Part shown: positions 1 through 10,493 of the stretch, piece after piece | Layout: each line of letters opens with the position of its first letter | Numbering within the stretch: the first letter of the stretch is position 1 | From: Treponemataceae bacterium | Lineage (GTDB): Bacteria; Spirochaetota; Spirochaetia; Treponematales; Rectinemataceae | Length of the DNA: 64,000 nt | Direction of reading: 5' to 3' | NCBI GenBank assembly: GCA_963677895.2 | Contig: CAXXGJ010000018.1 | Coordinates: forward strand, 320,001-384,000 | Notes under the pieces: generated by a model | The model's database searches: none | Told to the model about the DNA's origin: nothing | Seen by the model: the letters and a program-made list of their open reading frames with translations, nothing else | Translations under genes and position numbers: made by a program

Positions 1-939
1 AGAGGCGGCTACGAGCGCATCGAAGCCAAGGCCGTGGTGCTTGCCATGGGCTGCAGGGAGCGCGCGAGAGGAGCCATCTCCATCCCGGGGGACAGGCCGT
101 CGGGAGTAATCACCGCCGGGGCGGCCCAGAACCTCATGAATATCGAAAACATCATGGTGGGAAAGAACGTCGCCATTCTGGGTTCGGGCGATATCGGCCT
201 CATCATGGCGCGTCGCATGACCCTCGAGGGCGCCCATGTCCAGGCTGTTTTCGAGATACTTCCTTATTCCAGCGGACTTCCCCGGAACATTCAGCAGTGC
301 CTGAACGACTACGATATCCCTCTCTTCCTGAACACCACGGTGACCGAAATCCGCGGCGAGGGGAGGCTCGAAGGCGTAAAAGTAGCCCAGGTGGGGCAAG
401 ACAGATCGCCCATTCCCGAAACGGAACGCTATGTGCCCTGCGACACGCTGCTACTTTCGGTAGGTCTCATTCCCGAGAACGAACTGACAAGGGAAGCGGG
501 CATCGTCATGGACGCCGTGACGAACGGCGCGCGCGTGAATGACGATTTCATGACGAGCGCGCCAGGAATTTTTGCCTGCGGGAACGTGCTTCATGTCCAT
601 GATCTTGTGGACTGGGTTTCGGTGGAAGCGGCGGAAGCCGGACGCCGCGCCGCCTTCTTCGCCGCGAGCGAAAAGAGCGGATCTTCGCGAAACATTCCCG
701 TAAAGCCGGGGAATGGCGTCCGCTATGCCCTGCCGCAGAGCGTTTCGGGCGAAGAGGATTTCACCCTTTCGCTTCGCGTGACGGCGCCTTGGCGGGACAG
801 GGCCGTAGTCGTCAGGAGCGGAGAGAAAATAGTGGCGCGAAAAATGGCCAGGCGACTTCATCCAGCCGAGATGATGCGGATCGAGGTCGAGAAAAAGAAT
901 CTGGCCGGCTGTTACTGCCTGGAGGTGACGCTGGAATGA
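1..939 (+). CDS. NAD(P)/FAD-dependent oxidoreductase (5'-truncated by window edge)
   Basis: Frame is open from base 1; GSGDIG dinucleotide motif, GIFACGNVLHVHDLVD; followed by DUF1667 gene as in glycerol-3-P dehydrogenase-type clusters. Confidence 0.85.
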   Translation, partial: RGGYERIEAKAVVLAMGCRERARGAISIPGDRPSGVITAGAAQNLMNIENIMVGKNVAILGSGDIGLIMARRMTLEGAHVQAVFEILPYSSGLPRNIQQCLNDYDIPLFLNTTVTEIRGEGRLEGVKVAQVGQDRSPIPETERYVPCDTLLLSVGLIPENELTREAGIVMDAVTNGARVNDDFMTSAPGIFACGNVLHVHDLVDWVSVEAAEAGRRAAFFAASEKSGSSRNIPVKPGNGVRYALPQSVSGEEDFTLSLRVTAPWRDRAVVVRSGEKIVARKMARRLHPAEMMRIEVEKKNLAGCYCLEVTLE

Positions 940-1313
940 GCGCGAAAGAATTTACCTGCGTAGTATGTCCCAACGGCTGTTCCATCGTCGTCGACATCGA
1001 TGACGATGAAACGCCCATCGTGACGGGGATTCAAGGGAATACCTGCAAAAGGGGCGCCGAATGGGCGCGTCAGGAAGTTGAAAACCCGATGCGGACCATA
1101 GCGTCCAGCGTCCCCGTTCGCGGCGGGGATTTCCCGCTCGCCAGCGTTCGGACGAATCGACCCATACCTTTGGCGAAAATTCGGCGAGTCATGGAGGAAA
1201 TCCGAAAAATCTCCGTGAACGCGCCGGTGGCCATAGGCGATGTCGTCATCGCGCGGCCGGCCGGCTGCGATACGGAGATCGTAGTCACCAGAAACGTCAG
1301 ATCTTCTTCTTAA
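936..1313 (+). CDS. DUF1667 family CxxC metal-binding protein
   Basis: ATG at 936 overlaps upstream stop (ATGA), GGAGG RBS; CVVCPNGC...GNTCKRG motif. Confidence 0.85.
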   Translation: MSAKEFTCVVCPNGCSIVVDIDDDETPIVTGIQGNTCKRGAEWARQEVENPMRTIASSVPVRGGDFPLASVRTNRPIPLAKIRRVMEEIRKISVNAPVAIGDVVIARPAGCDTEIVVTRNVRSSS

Positions 1314-2277
1314 GGCTTCCGCCCTTGATCGCGTCTATCGATACCGAGATGATGAGCACGGAACCGATGACGACCTGCTGCCAGAACGAAGGGATGTTGA
1401 GCATAACCATGCCATTGTTCAGGGTGCAGAGCACGAGGACGCCGAAGAGGGTGCCCAGGATGGTGCCCCGACCGCCGGCGAGCCCGGCGCCTCCCAGAAT
1501 GACGGCCGACAGGGCCTGCATATTGATCTCGCCGGCGGCCTGCGGCAGAGCGGCGCCAGTCTGAGCCGAAAGCAGAAGGGCCGCGATTCCGGCCATGAGA
1601 CCATGGATCATGTACAGGGTAGCTTTGATCCGATTCACCTTTACGCCCGCGAGGAAGCTGGCTTGAGGATTGCCGCCCACCATGTAGATAGTCCGTCCGA
1701 ACACGGTCCGGCGCCCGATCACCGAGAAGATGATGTAGCAGACAAGCATGATTACCAATGACAGCGGGATGCTCCCGAAGAGCCGATGCCGCCCGATGTA
1801 CTGGAACACCGGATCCGACAGGACGTATGAGCTGCCGTCGTTGATGAGGTAGCAGATGCCGCGCATGATCTGCATGGAGGCGAGAGTGGTTATGAAGGGA
1901 TTCAGCTTCAAGACGGTGATGAAGAAGCCGTTGAAAGCCCCGAAGAGAAGGCCCGCGGCAAGCGATATCGGAATGACGGCCGCGATGGGAAGGTGGTAAT
2001 CGACCATCATCTTCCCCGCGATCATGCCAATGACAGCGATTTGGGAGCCCACCGACAGGTCGATGCAGCCGGACACGTTGATGAAGGTCATGCTGCAGGC
2101 GACCGTGCCCATGATGGCCGCGTAGAGGCCTATGTTCAGCAGGTTTCTGGTTGAAAGGAAATGGGGCGAAGTCAGGGAGAAGAAGACCATGAGAAGGGTG
2201 AGCGCCCCGATGACCGTTATCATCGACGAAGCGTTGTCGGAGGATAGATATCGCTTGATTCTTTCGGAAAACGTCAT
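1297..2277 (-). CDS. sugar ABC transporter permease (RbsC-like)
   Basis: hydrophobic; IDLSVGS, GGNPQAS, AVILGG motifs. Confidence 0.92.
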   Translation of the reverse strand: MTFSERIKRYLSSDNASSMITVIGALTLLMVFFSLTSPHFLSTRNLLNIGLYAAIMGTVACSMTFINVSGCIDLSVGSQIAVIGMIAGKMMVDYHLPIAAVIPISLAAGLLFGAFNGFFITVLKLNPFITTLASMQIMRGICYLINDGSSYVLSDPVFQYIGRHRLFGSIPLSLVIMLVCYIIFSVIGRRTVFGRTIYMVGGNPQASFLAGVKVNRIKATLYMIHGLMAGIAALLLSAQTGAALPQAAGEINMQALSAVILGGAGLAGGRGTILGTLFGVLVLCTLNNGMVMLNIPSFWQQVVIGSVLIISVSIDAIKGGSLKKKI

Positions 2278-2308
2278 TCATTCCCGCCTTATGTTAAAAA
2301 AGAGTTGT

Positions 2309-3826
2309 CTAGCCGCCTATGGCCAGCCGGAGGACTTGTTCCTGGGTTGTCTCTTTCGCGTTCAGGATTCCCATGACCTTGCCTTCGTGCATCACCATGA
2401 TCTCATCGCTCATGTTGAGAAGCTCCGGCATCTCGGAGGTTATCATGATGACGCACTTGCCGAGCGCGCAGAGATCCTGGAGAAGTCGATAAATCTCCGC
2501 CTTGGCGCCGACGTCGATGCCTCGTGTCGGTTCGTTCAGGATGAGGACCGCTGGCTCCAGCTCGAGCCAGCGCGCCAGGACGACCTTCTGTTGATTGCCT
2601 CCCGAAAGGGACTCGGCGGCCGTTTCCCCGGAGGGTGTCTTCACGCTCAGATTCCCGATCCATTTAGCGCTGATGCTCTGTTCCAGGACCTTATCGATGA
2701 ATTTCCGCTTATGGAGGGCATAGTACGAAATCATGATGTTGCTCTTCACCGAAGCGTTCAGGACAAGACCTTCGATTTTCCGCTCCGCCGGAACATAGGC
2801 GATGCCTGCCTTCAAGGCTTCCAGGGGATTGGTGATCTTCATGGCCACGCCGTCGACCTTGATCTCGCCTTGGGCGTAATTCATCTGGCCGAAGACCGTC
2901 GGACCTACCTCGAGATGTCCCGATCCCAAAAGACCATATATCCCGAAAATCGTTCCCTTGCGCGCCTTGAAGCTCAAATCCCGGAAAGCATCGCTGGTGA
3001 GGTTCGCGACCTCGAGGGCCACGTCGCCCGCGACAGCCTCCCGCTTTGGGTACATGACGGATAGGTTTCTGCCCACCATCATGGAGATGAGCGTTTCCCG
3101 TGTCGCGTCGCGGATATCCACCTGACCGGTCACGATTCCGTCCCTGAGCACGACCACGCGGTCGGCCAGCCGGAACAGCTCGTCCAGTTTATGGGAGATG
3201 TATATGACGGCCACGCCCATGGACGCCATCCGATCCACCAGCTCGAAAAGCCGTTCCGTCTCCACGTCGTTGAGCGAACTTGTCGGTTCGTCGAGTATCA
3301 GGACTTTGACCTCCTCGGCCATTACCTTGGCTATTTCGATGAGCTGTTTCTGGGCGACCGTGCACTTGCCGAGCAGCATCCGGGGATCCAGGTCCAGCCC
3401 GATCCGGGCCATGATCTCCTTGGCCTCCCGCTCGAGCCTTTTCTGGTCCACGAAAGGGCCGTGCCTGGGCAGGTTGCTCATGAAAATATTCTCGGCCACG
3501 GAAATGCTCGGGACGTAGTTGAGTTCCTGGTGGACCACCCCTATACCCGCCGACCTGGCGTCCATGGGGATCTCGAAGACGCGAACTTGGCCGTCGAGCT
3601 CGAGCTGTCCGGCATCGCATTGATATACCCCGCAAAGTATCTTGATCAATGTCGATTTGCCCGCTCCGTTCTCCCCGAGCAAAGCCACGACCTCTCCCTT
3701 CCTGACGTTGAAATCCACCTTCGTGAGGGCTTTTACCCCCGGGAAAGACTTGCTGACGCCGATCGCCCGGAGAACTATCGCCGCACCGTCAAGGTTCCTT
3801 TTCTGCACCACAACCGCTCCTGCCAT
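2309..3826 (-). CDS. sugar ABC transporter ATP-binding protein (RbsA-like, two NBDs)
   Basis: GENGAGKST, LILDEPT, LSGGNQQK; start moved to MAGAVV at 3826. Confidence 0.92.
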   Translation of the reverse strand: MAGAVVVQKRNLDGAAIVLRAIGVSKSFPGVKALTKVDFNVRKGEVVALLGENGAGKSTLIKILCGVYQCDAGQLELDGQVRVFEIPMDARSAGIGVVHQELNYVPSISVAENIFMSNLPRHGPFVDQKRLEREAKEIMARIGLDLDPRMLLGKCTVAQKQLIEIAKVMAEEVKVLILDEPTSSLNDVETERLFELVDRMASMGVAVIYISHKLDELFRLADRVVVLRDGIVTGQVDIRDATRETLISMMVGRNLSVMYPKREAVAGDVALEVANLTSDAFRDLSFKARKGTIFGIYGLLGSGHLEVGPTVFGQMNYAQGEIKVDGVAMKITNPLEALKAGIAYVPAERKIEGLVLNASVKSNIMISYYALHKRKFIDKVLEQSISAKWIGNLSVKTPSGETAAESLSGGNQQKVVLARWLELEPAVLILNEPTRGIDVGAKAEIYRLLQDLCALGKCVIMITSEMPELLNMSDEIMVMHEGKVMGILNAKETTQEQVLRLAIGG

Positions 3827-3929
3827 TCGACTTTGTCTCGATTCCACGCATCTGCGCAGGCGCCCCGGCTGTACAGCCGGGGCGCCGATGCCGTCCATCC
3901 AAGAGTATAGAATGGACGGCCTATCCTTG

Positions 3930-4916
3930 CTACTTGAGATTATTCCAGGGAAGGTTGTCCAGGGGATAGTACTTCTTGATATTGTCCCAGCTGACCGGCT
4001 CGTGCTGGATGAAATAGGTCGCTTCGGTTTTAGCCTTGGCCACCATCTTGTCCAGTATCTGGAATATCCATTCGCCGTAGCGGTTGGGGAAGAAGCCGAT
4101 GCTGGCGATCCAGTTGGTCTTGCCTTCCTTGGCGTACAGAGCCTCGACAAATTCTCTCGCGGAATTCTGCGAGACGATGACTACCTCTTTTGTCCTTCCG
4201 GCGATCTCGGCGGCCGAATAGGCGCCGTTGGCGTACAAGTCGTTCATGGAAGCCACCGCGATGCGCGTGGAGGCCGGGTGCGCCATGAGGAAATCGGAGA
4301 ACATCTGCTGCATCCTGGCTACGTCGCCTGAGGTGTCGAGCACGGTGATCTGGTTGGCGTTCACCTGGATGCCCTTGTTGCGCAGACCGTCGACGAACTT
4401 GTGCACGCGCGGAGCCACGGTCGCGCCGGACATGGCCTGGGCGAGGAGGACCACGTTATCCACCTGTCCTTTCCAATTCTTGTTGATCCAATCGCCGGCG
4501 AATTCGCCGCCGAGCGTGCCGGCGCGGATGTTGTCGGCCCCGAAGTAGATGGCGCCTGGATGCGGGATGTCGACCGCTATGACAGGTATCTTGGCCGCGT
4601 TGAATTTCTCCATGATGACGGGGGCGACTGAACCGTCAACATTGAATTCGATCATGTAGTCGATCTGCTGGGTGATGAGGTCGTCGGCGTTGCGCACCGC
4701 TGTCGCCCCATCCGAAGCGTTGTCCAGGCTGACGATGTCCCAACCGCGCTTCTTGGCTTCGACCTCAATGCCGTTGCGCACCATCTTGGTGAACGCCGAC
4801 CTCTCGTTGATGTTCGCGAACCCGATCTTGATTCGCTTGGTCGCCTTGGCCTGGCTGTAACCCATCGTCCCCAGGGCCAGCATCGCCACCGCGAAAACCG
4901 CTAATACTTTTCTCAT
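3930..4916 (-). CDS. sugar ABC substrate-binding protein (class I)
   Basis: signal peptide; IPVIAVD...YFGADN motif; in operon with ATPase and permease. Confidence 0.9.
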   Translation of the reverse strand: MRKVLAVFAVAMLALGTMGYSQAKATKRIKIGFANINERSAFTKMVRNGIEVEAKKRGWDIVSLDNASDGATAVRNADDLITQQIDYMIEFNVDGSVAPVIMEKFNAAKIPVIAVDIPHPGAIYFGADNIRAGTLGGEFAGDWINKNWKGQVDNVVLLAQAMSGATVAPRVHKFVDGLRNKGIQVNANQITVLDTSGDVARMQQMFSDFLMAHPASTRIAVASMNDLYANGAYSAAEIAGRTKEVVIVSQNSAREFVEALYAKEGKTNWIASIGFFPNRYGEWIFQILDKMVAKAKTEATYFIQHEPVSWDNIKKYYPLDNLPWNNLK

Positions 4917-4973
4917 CGTTTCCTCCTTCGAATGATATGGCGCCCGCCTCCTGCGCGGCAGGCGCCGGAATGC

Positions 4974-6434
4974 CTAGTCATTGGATATCCGGGCGTAGTC
5001 GATCCCAAGCGCCTCGGCTACCTTCACCAACTCGTCGCCATGGTGCCCGATGCCCAAGGCGAAGTGGTGGGTCGGGCCCTCGGCCGTCCACCGCTTGAGA
5101 AAGGTCTTCAGATCAGGCTTGAAATAGCCGTGCGTGTTCGTGTTTCCCGTAGGAGGGATCGCCCCTTGGAGGGATTCTCCCTCGGCGATGACGAACTTGA
5201 GCCCTCCCTCTGCGTTCACGGTGACGCTCAGCATGGTGAGGGGGCCTTCCTTGATTTTGAACTCCACCCCAGCCCCGCTGCCAGGCTTGCCGTGATACTT
5301 GCTCAAGGACCTGAGCACCGGCTTGCTGTCAGCGATGTTCAGGTGGTGGGGACCATCGTGCCCCACCAGGATGGATCCCGTGTTGAAGTCCAGGGGGTGG
5401 AATTCGGCGAAGCTTCCGCCAATTTCCAGCCTGTCCATGATGAGCATGGCCACGCAGGTTTTCAGGTCGAACTCGCCGCACATCGGGAAGCCCGCCGCGG
5501 TGAGAAGGGAGTTGCCGACGATGAAATTCGTCACCATCGTGCGCAGATCGGAACCTGCCTCGCCCTCGTAATAATAGGCGAGTCCCGTGAGATCCAGCTC
5601 GTCGATGGCCATTTCCAGAGCCACAGCGGCCTTGGACGCCACCGTAAGATCGGTTTCCGCGAGCGTGGAGGTCAATATATCCGAGACTGGCTCCGGCGTG
5701 TCGAAGAAGGAAAGAATCCGTTCCCTCATGGCCGCGAGATCCGTACCGCCCAGACGAGTGTAATGTTTGAAGATATCCTCTGGCTCGACCTGCACCACAT
5801 GACAGCCGAAGGTGCGCGTCATGAGCGTGGGATCCACGTGCATATCGTACATGCATTCGAGGACATGGCCCATGAGCCCGATCCGGGCATTCTTCAGATC
5901 GTGAAGCACATGGGCGATCCTGCACCACGAGCGGATCTCTTCGTCGGCCTCTTCGTCTCCTTCCCTGAGCCCGATGACGAGGGGAGGGGTCTTCTTCCCC
6001 ATCCGGACCGCGACGGAGCAGAATTCGGGGACCGAGCAGAAATCGTCGTTGCAGAGCTGCATGAAGGTTGTGCCGCGCGCGTACTCCATAGCCTTGAGGG
6101 GTTGAAGGACCACGAGGACGATAGGTATGTTCAAGGCCTGGACCAGCGGCGCGAAGGTGGCCGACGTCGCGTAGGTCACCATATCGATGAAGAGCAGGTC
6201 GAGATCGGCCTTCCTGATTTCCTCGAGAGCGCGATACGCGGTCCGGGAATCGTCGATCAAACCGAAGTCATTGATTTCCACGGCGCAGCCTTCCAGCTTG
6301 AGCTTGAAGGCTGCCGTCTTCTGGACCATCACTTCGCGCAGTCCCTCGAATTGTTCCCAATATGTATGGTGTCCCACGCCCAACACACCGACGCGGGCGT
6401 AGAGCGGTCTTCTTCGTTCAATGATCATGGTCAC
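4974..6434 (-). CDS. L-fucose/L-arabinose isomerase family protein
   Basis: PMCGEFD, SFAEF, GHDGPHH, GPTHH motifs. Confidence 0.85.
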   Translation of the reverse strand: MTMIIERRRPLYARVGVLGVGHHTYWEQFEGLREVMVQKTAAFKLKLEGCAVEINDFGLIDDSRTAYRALEEIRKADLDLLFIDMVTYATSATFAPLVQALNIPIVLVVLQPLKAMEYARGTTFMQLCNDDFCSVPEFCSVAVRMGKKTPPLVIGLREGDEEADEEIRSWCRIAHVLHDLKNARIGLMGHVLECMYDMHVDPTLMTRTFGCHVVQVEPEDIFKHYTRLGGTDLAAMRERILSFFDTPEPVSDILTSTLAETDLTVASKAAVALEMAIDELDLTGLAYYYEGEAGSDLRTMVTNFIVGNSLLTAAGFPMCGEFDLKTCVAMLIMDRLEIGGSFAEFHPLDFNTGSILVGHDGPHHLNIADSKPVLRSLSKYHGKPGSGAGVEFKIKEGPLTMLSVTVNAEGGLKFVIAEGESLQGAIPPTGNTNTHGYFKPDLKTFLKRWTAEGPTHHFALGIGHHGDELVKVAEALGIDYARISND

Positions 6435-6655
6435 TCCTACTCGACTGTGATACTGATACTAAGCCCTTGCCGGAAAAAGCGTCAAATGAAATTCGTACAC
6501 TCAACTTGCGATTAGGTTGTAATTTAATAATTTTAAATATATATAATAAAAAGATATAAAAAATATATTACAATTAGTATCAAAAAAATTAGCATCTAGG
6601 TTGCGTGGTGGTTTTAATATTGCATTTTACCGAAAACGCCATTACACTCGGGACA

Positions 6656-8536
6656 ATGATGTTCAGCCCGAGACAGACAGCCATCCTGCGCATGGTCCAT
6701 AAGTGCGGAAGCCTCTCCATAGCCAAGCTCTCCGAGGCATTTCCCGTGAGCCGCGAAACCTTGAGAAAGGACCTGGTGTTTCTCGAGTCCAATGGCTATA
6801 TAGGCCGAAAGTATGGCCTCGTCGATTTTCTGGACGGAGAACCGGGCAAACAATGGTTGAGCATAGAGCGACGCCTGTCCGCCTCCCAGCGGCGGGATCG
6901 TATCCTGGAACTGGTTCAGGGCCATAAAAACGTCAGGATATCGGCCCTCGCGGCCAGGCTTAAGGTGTCCGGCATCACCGTGCGTTCGGATCTCCTGCAA
7001 TTGGAACGCTCGGGCCTCGTCGTGAGGAAGCACGGATCCGTATCGCCCCTCGCCGGAGCCGAGGATCGCTCGGAGACCGCCTCCTTCAACAACTTCCCGC
7101 CCAAGGTGCGCATCCTGGGCGAGCACGCCCTCCTGCGCATCAGCCCTGGCGATACAATCTACCTCGGCGCCGGCGAAATCGCCCGCTATATCGCCACTTC
7201 CTTGCCTTCCGACGCCAATATCACCGTCGTGTCGGACGACCTTGATATCCTTTCCCTGCTGCGCAGGAGGCGATACGCTTCCCCGATCCACGTTCTTCCC
7301 GGCAGGCTTCGGTTCGACTCGCCGACCATCGTCGTGGAGCATGCGCAGGGCGTCTTCGCCAGACTGATCATCGGCAAAGCCTTCCTCATGATCTCCTCCT
7401 ACGCGGACGGGACGTACTACATGGAAAGCCCGGAGGCCGTAGCCAACGCGGTCGAGGCGAGCAGGAACGCGGCGGCGCTCTACTTCATCCTCGAATCGGT
7501 CATGCTGGACAAACGCGGTAATTTCCCCTTCCCCTATCGCGATTTCCGCGAAAAAGTACAGGAAATCCTCATCGACGACAGCGTGGACCAATCGGTGGTC
7601 AACTACCTTTTCCCCCGGCGGGATCCCGTGGTCGTCCAAGGCGCCGACTTTTCCTTCAAACGCGGTCGAAGGCAGAAATTCAGGATCGGCTTCCTTGTCG
7701 ACCGGGATAGGGGATTCTTCATACAGGAAGTCTACAACAGCGTCCTGGACTCGGTCGCCGAGCACGACAACCTGTCACTGGAGATCCGCGAAACGGAGAG
7801 AGGCTTCTATTCGACGGTAAGAAATATAGACATGCTGCTGAACCAGCGCCCCGACCTTATAATCAACTTCAGCCTCTGCGCCGAGTCCCTTTCCTATATC
7901 GGAGACAAATGCAAGGTTCGCGGAATAAAACTTATGACCATCGACCTTCAGGACCGCGCCTCCGTCTATTTCGGCGCCGACAACGCTCTGGCCGGCGCCT
8001 TGGCGGCGAACCATACGATCCAGTATATCCAGCAGCATTGGAGAGGACGTCTCGACCATATCGTCGCCTTTGCCCGACGCGGCATCGATCCCGTCACCAA
8101 CCTGCGCGTAATGAGCGTGGTCGAAAGAATCCAGGCGGAGATATGCTGCTCCTCGCCCGAGCCCGAGGTCATCGAGTGGGACACTCCCAACGAGGCGCCC
8201 AAGGAGGCGCTCCTGAAGTTCCTGCTCGGCGTCCCCAAGAACGACAAGATACTTTTCATCACCTTCAATCTTCCCCATATACTGGGAAGCTATGAACTGA
8301 TAACCCAGTACAGGGACGCGCGGGATACGCTCATCGTAGGCCAGAATTTCAACGAACAGGTTCAGGAACTCATGCGGAAGCCCGATTCTCCAATCCTCGG
8401 CTGCGTATCCTACAGCCCCGAGAATTATGGGGCCCGAGTCATCGATATCGCCCTCCGCATGTTGAATGAAGAACCTGTCGACCCGGTGAACTACACGACC
8501 CACACATGGATTTCCAAGGAATCGGTGCTCAAGTAG
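6656..8536 (+). CDS. DeoR-family regulator with two HTH domains and C-terminal sugar-binding-protein-like domain
   Basis: VSRETLRKDL and VSGITVRSDL HTHs; DeoR sensor region; C-terminal YFGADN domain; divergent from isomerase operon. Confidence 0.85.
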   Translation: MMFSPRQTAILRMVHKCGSLSIAKLSEAFPVSRETLRKDLVFLESNGYIGRKYGLVDFLDGEPGKQWLSIERRLSASQRRDRILELVQGHKNVRISALAARLKVSGITVRSDLLQLERSGLVVRKHGSVSPLAGAEDRSETASFNNFPPKVRILGEHALLRISPGDTIYLGAGEIARYIATSLPSDANITVVSDDLDILSLLRRRRYASPIHVLPGRLRFDSPTIVVEHAQGVFARLIIGKAFLMISSYADGTYYMESPEAVANAVEASRNAAALYFILESVMLDKRGNFPFPYRDFREKVQEILIDDSVDQSVVNYLFPRRDPVVVQGADFSFKRGRRQKFRIGFLVDRDRGFFIQEVYNSVLDSVAEHDNLSLEIRETERGFYSTVRNIDMLLNQRPDLIINFSLCAESLSYIGDKCKVRGIKLMTIDLQDRASVYFGADNALAGALAANHTIQYIQQHWRGRLDHIVAFARRGIDPVTNLRVMSVVERIQAEICCSSPEPEVIEWDTPNEAPKEALLKFLLGVPKNDKILFITFNLPHILGSYELITQYRDARDTLIVGQNFNEQVQELMRKPDSPILGCVSYSPENYGARVIDIALRMLNEEPVDPVNYTTHTWISKESVLK

Positions 8537-8570
8537 TTCCAAGCTGAAGGGAATCACCGTATTCGCAGAT

Positions 8571-8620
8571 AAAAAAAATTCCTGTAAATCTTTAAAAATA
8601 AAAGACTTACAGGAATTTTT
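8571..8620. terminator. bidirectional hairpin between regulator and tRNA
   Basis: AAAAATTCCTGTAA...TTACAGGAATTTTT inverted repeat with A/T tails. Confidence 0.7.
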
Positions 8621-8624
8621 CGTG

Positions 8625-8697
8625 TGGAGAATAGGGGATTCGAACCCCTGACCTATAGATTGCGAACCTATCGCTCTACCAACTGAGCTAATTCCCC
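8625..8697 (-). tRNA. tRNA-Ala(CGC)
   Basis: GGGGAATTAGCTCAGTTGGTAGAGCG-ATAGG-TTCGCAA-TCTAT-AGGTCAGGGGTTCGAATCCCCTATTCTCCA; G3:U70 pair, discriminator A, CCA not encoded. Confidence 0.97.
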
Positions 8698-8829
8698 AGA
8701 ACGAAGCGCCGGAAAGATGTCTATCGGCAAATTCCCGGATCGAAGCCACTATAATATACAGCTGGACGATTGATCAAGAGCTTTTTCTAGAACAGCGTCC
8801 CCCGGAGCCGCTCGTAACGTTCAATTAAT

Positions 8830-9309
8830 CTAAATCCTGTATTTTTTCGTCAGCCCTGCCAGGAAATTCCGCAGAAACTGGTCGCCGCAAAGGCGAAAAT
8901 TTTCCTGGTCCTTTTTCCTGAACAGCGCGTTGATTTCGGATTTGGATGCCTCGACATCGGCCAGACGCAATATGGCCACAATATCGTCGTCCCGCAGCTG
9001 GAGGGCGATGCGGATCGCCTTCAGCACATCGTTGTTCGTCGGGTTCCTCATCCATTCCTGACTCGCCGGCGCCGCGCCTTCCTTCCGGCCGCGCCTGCTC
9101 GTCACAAGACCATCGAGAAAAGCCCCGAGGGTAGGGCCATCGCACTCGTGAAATCCCTCATCTTCTTCCTTGAGGAAAAACGGGCGAAGTTCTTCCGCCG
9201 ACATGGGTTTCCCGGCGAGGGTGAAAAGTTCCACGAGCTTGTGGTCAGTAATATTGAGGGCATATCGCAGCCGTATCAGGATATCGTTGTTGATCATGCC
9301 CTGAATCAT
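8830..9309 (-). CDS. DUF1456 (YehS-like) protein
   Basis: duplicated NNDIL/NNDVL repeats, CGDQFLRNFL. Confidence 0.88.
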   Translation of the reverse strand: MIQGMINNDILIRLRYALNITDHKLVELFTLAGKPMSAEELRPFFLKEEDEGFHECDGPTLGAFLDGLVTSRRGRKEGAAPASQEWMRNPTNNDVLKAIRIALQLRDDDIVAILRLADVEASKSEINALFRKKDQENFRLCGDQFLRNFLAGLTKKYRI

Positions 9310-9591
9310 GAACCACTTTTCCGTTCTTGCGCAAGTCAGCGTTTTCTGGTGGCTCTCCTCAGATTATGCTATCGATATAGTCCATCAATCCCGCTTCATC
9401 GCGTATGTCATCCCAAGTTCCACGCGTCCTTGTCGAGAACTCCCGTCCAGAATGAATAGATGCACGTCGCTTTTAGGAGCAGTAAATTGGTTTTTGAACA
9501 TTTCGTTTGACAGTGGATAGAATAGGATTTACAATTGGATATCACTTATAAGAAACCGTGTACTCCAATAGAGAACACTACGGGAGGAAGA

Positions 9592-10422
9592 ATGGAACCT
9601 GAGAGTTGCTCAAGGGCGAATGCAGAGATAGCAGCACTCCGCGCGCAACGCGATGTCGATTATGAGGAGTATGAGAAAGCAGGGCGAATTTGGGGTTTGG
9701 TTCCTCGAGAAAGGATCACGAGGATAAAATTCCAGCGCGTCAGTAAAGAGATCGTCAACGGATTCTTGGCTATGGAGGATATGACGACAACTGTCTCGGA
9801 TGTTCTCGATTCGATGGGCATTTTTGGCTCCATACCGGCATCCTATATAAAGCCTGTCATCTCTGGTTCCAAGCTTGTCGGCCCCGCGGTCACTATCCGG
9901 AATCTTCCCGTCCGAAAGACGCCGACCCAAGGCGCCATCGATCGGGATTTCATCCAAATGTCGACGAGGGATATTTACTATTTAGGCGAACCCGGTGATG
10001 TTCTTGTTTCTGACTTCGGCGGCAACCTCGATGTCTCGAATATGGGTGGCCAAAGCTGTACGGTCGGGAAGAGTTGCGGTTTTGCGGGTAACATCGTCAA
10101 TGGCAGTGCGCGCGATATAAGTAGCATTCGCGATATGGGGTATCCAGTCTTCAGCGTCGGTTTGACTCCTCTCACTGGCAAATTCCGTATGGAATGCGTC
10201 GAGATGAATGGTCCGGTCACGCTTTGCGGTCGGCTCGTCGCCCCCGGAGACCTCATGGTTGCCGACGATTCTGGTGTTTGCATCGTGCCATATGAGAAGG
10301 CTGCGGAAGTATTGGTTAAATGCCAGGCGATAGCCGAAGAAGAGGAGCGGATGCGCAAATTGATCGTATCCAAGGCTCCAATCAACGAACTGAGGCTTTT
10401 ATTCCGAAAAAGATACAAATAG
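9592..10422 (+). CDS. RraA/HMG-aldolase family protein
   Basis: GPAVT, NGSARD, PGDLMVADDSGV; RBS GGGAGG. Confidence 0.85.
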   Translation: MEPESCSRANAEIAALRAQRDVDYEEYEKAGRIWGLVPRERITRIKFQRVSKEIVNGFLAMEDMTTTVSDVLDSMGIFGSIPASYIKPVISGSKLVGPAVTIRNLPVRKTPTQGAIDRDFIQMSTRDIYYLGEPGDVLVSDFGGNLDVSNMGGQSCTVGKSCGFAGNIVNGSARDISSIRDMGYPVFSVGLTPLTGKFRMECVEMNGPVTLCGRLVAPGDLMVADDSGVCIVPYEKAAEVLVKCQAIAEEEERMRKLIVSKAPINELRLLFRKRYK

Positions 10423-10493
10423 GCGAATTTTGTAGGCGGCTATGCGCAGGCGATGCCTGTGATAATATCTCTTCACGAATGGAGGCAGTAAGT

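Noticed and set aside
2132..7765. Long antisense/alternate ORFs (e.g. 4932-6515 +, 2132-3064 +, 6614-7765 -)
   Set aside because: Shadows of well-supported genes in GC-rich DNA; no motifs
9352..9470. Possible C-terminal gene remnant (...GLMDYIDSII*) upstream of DUF1456 at the island edge
   Set aside because: Too short to assign without a search
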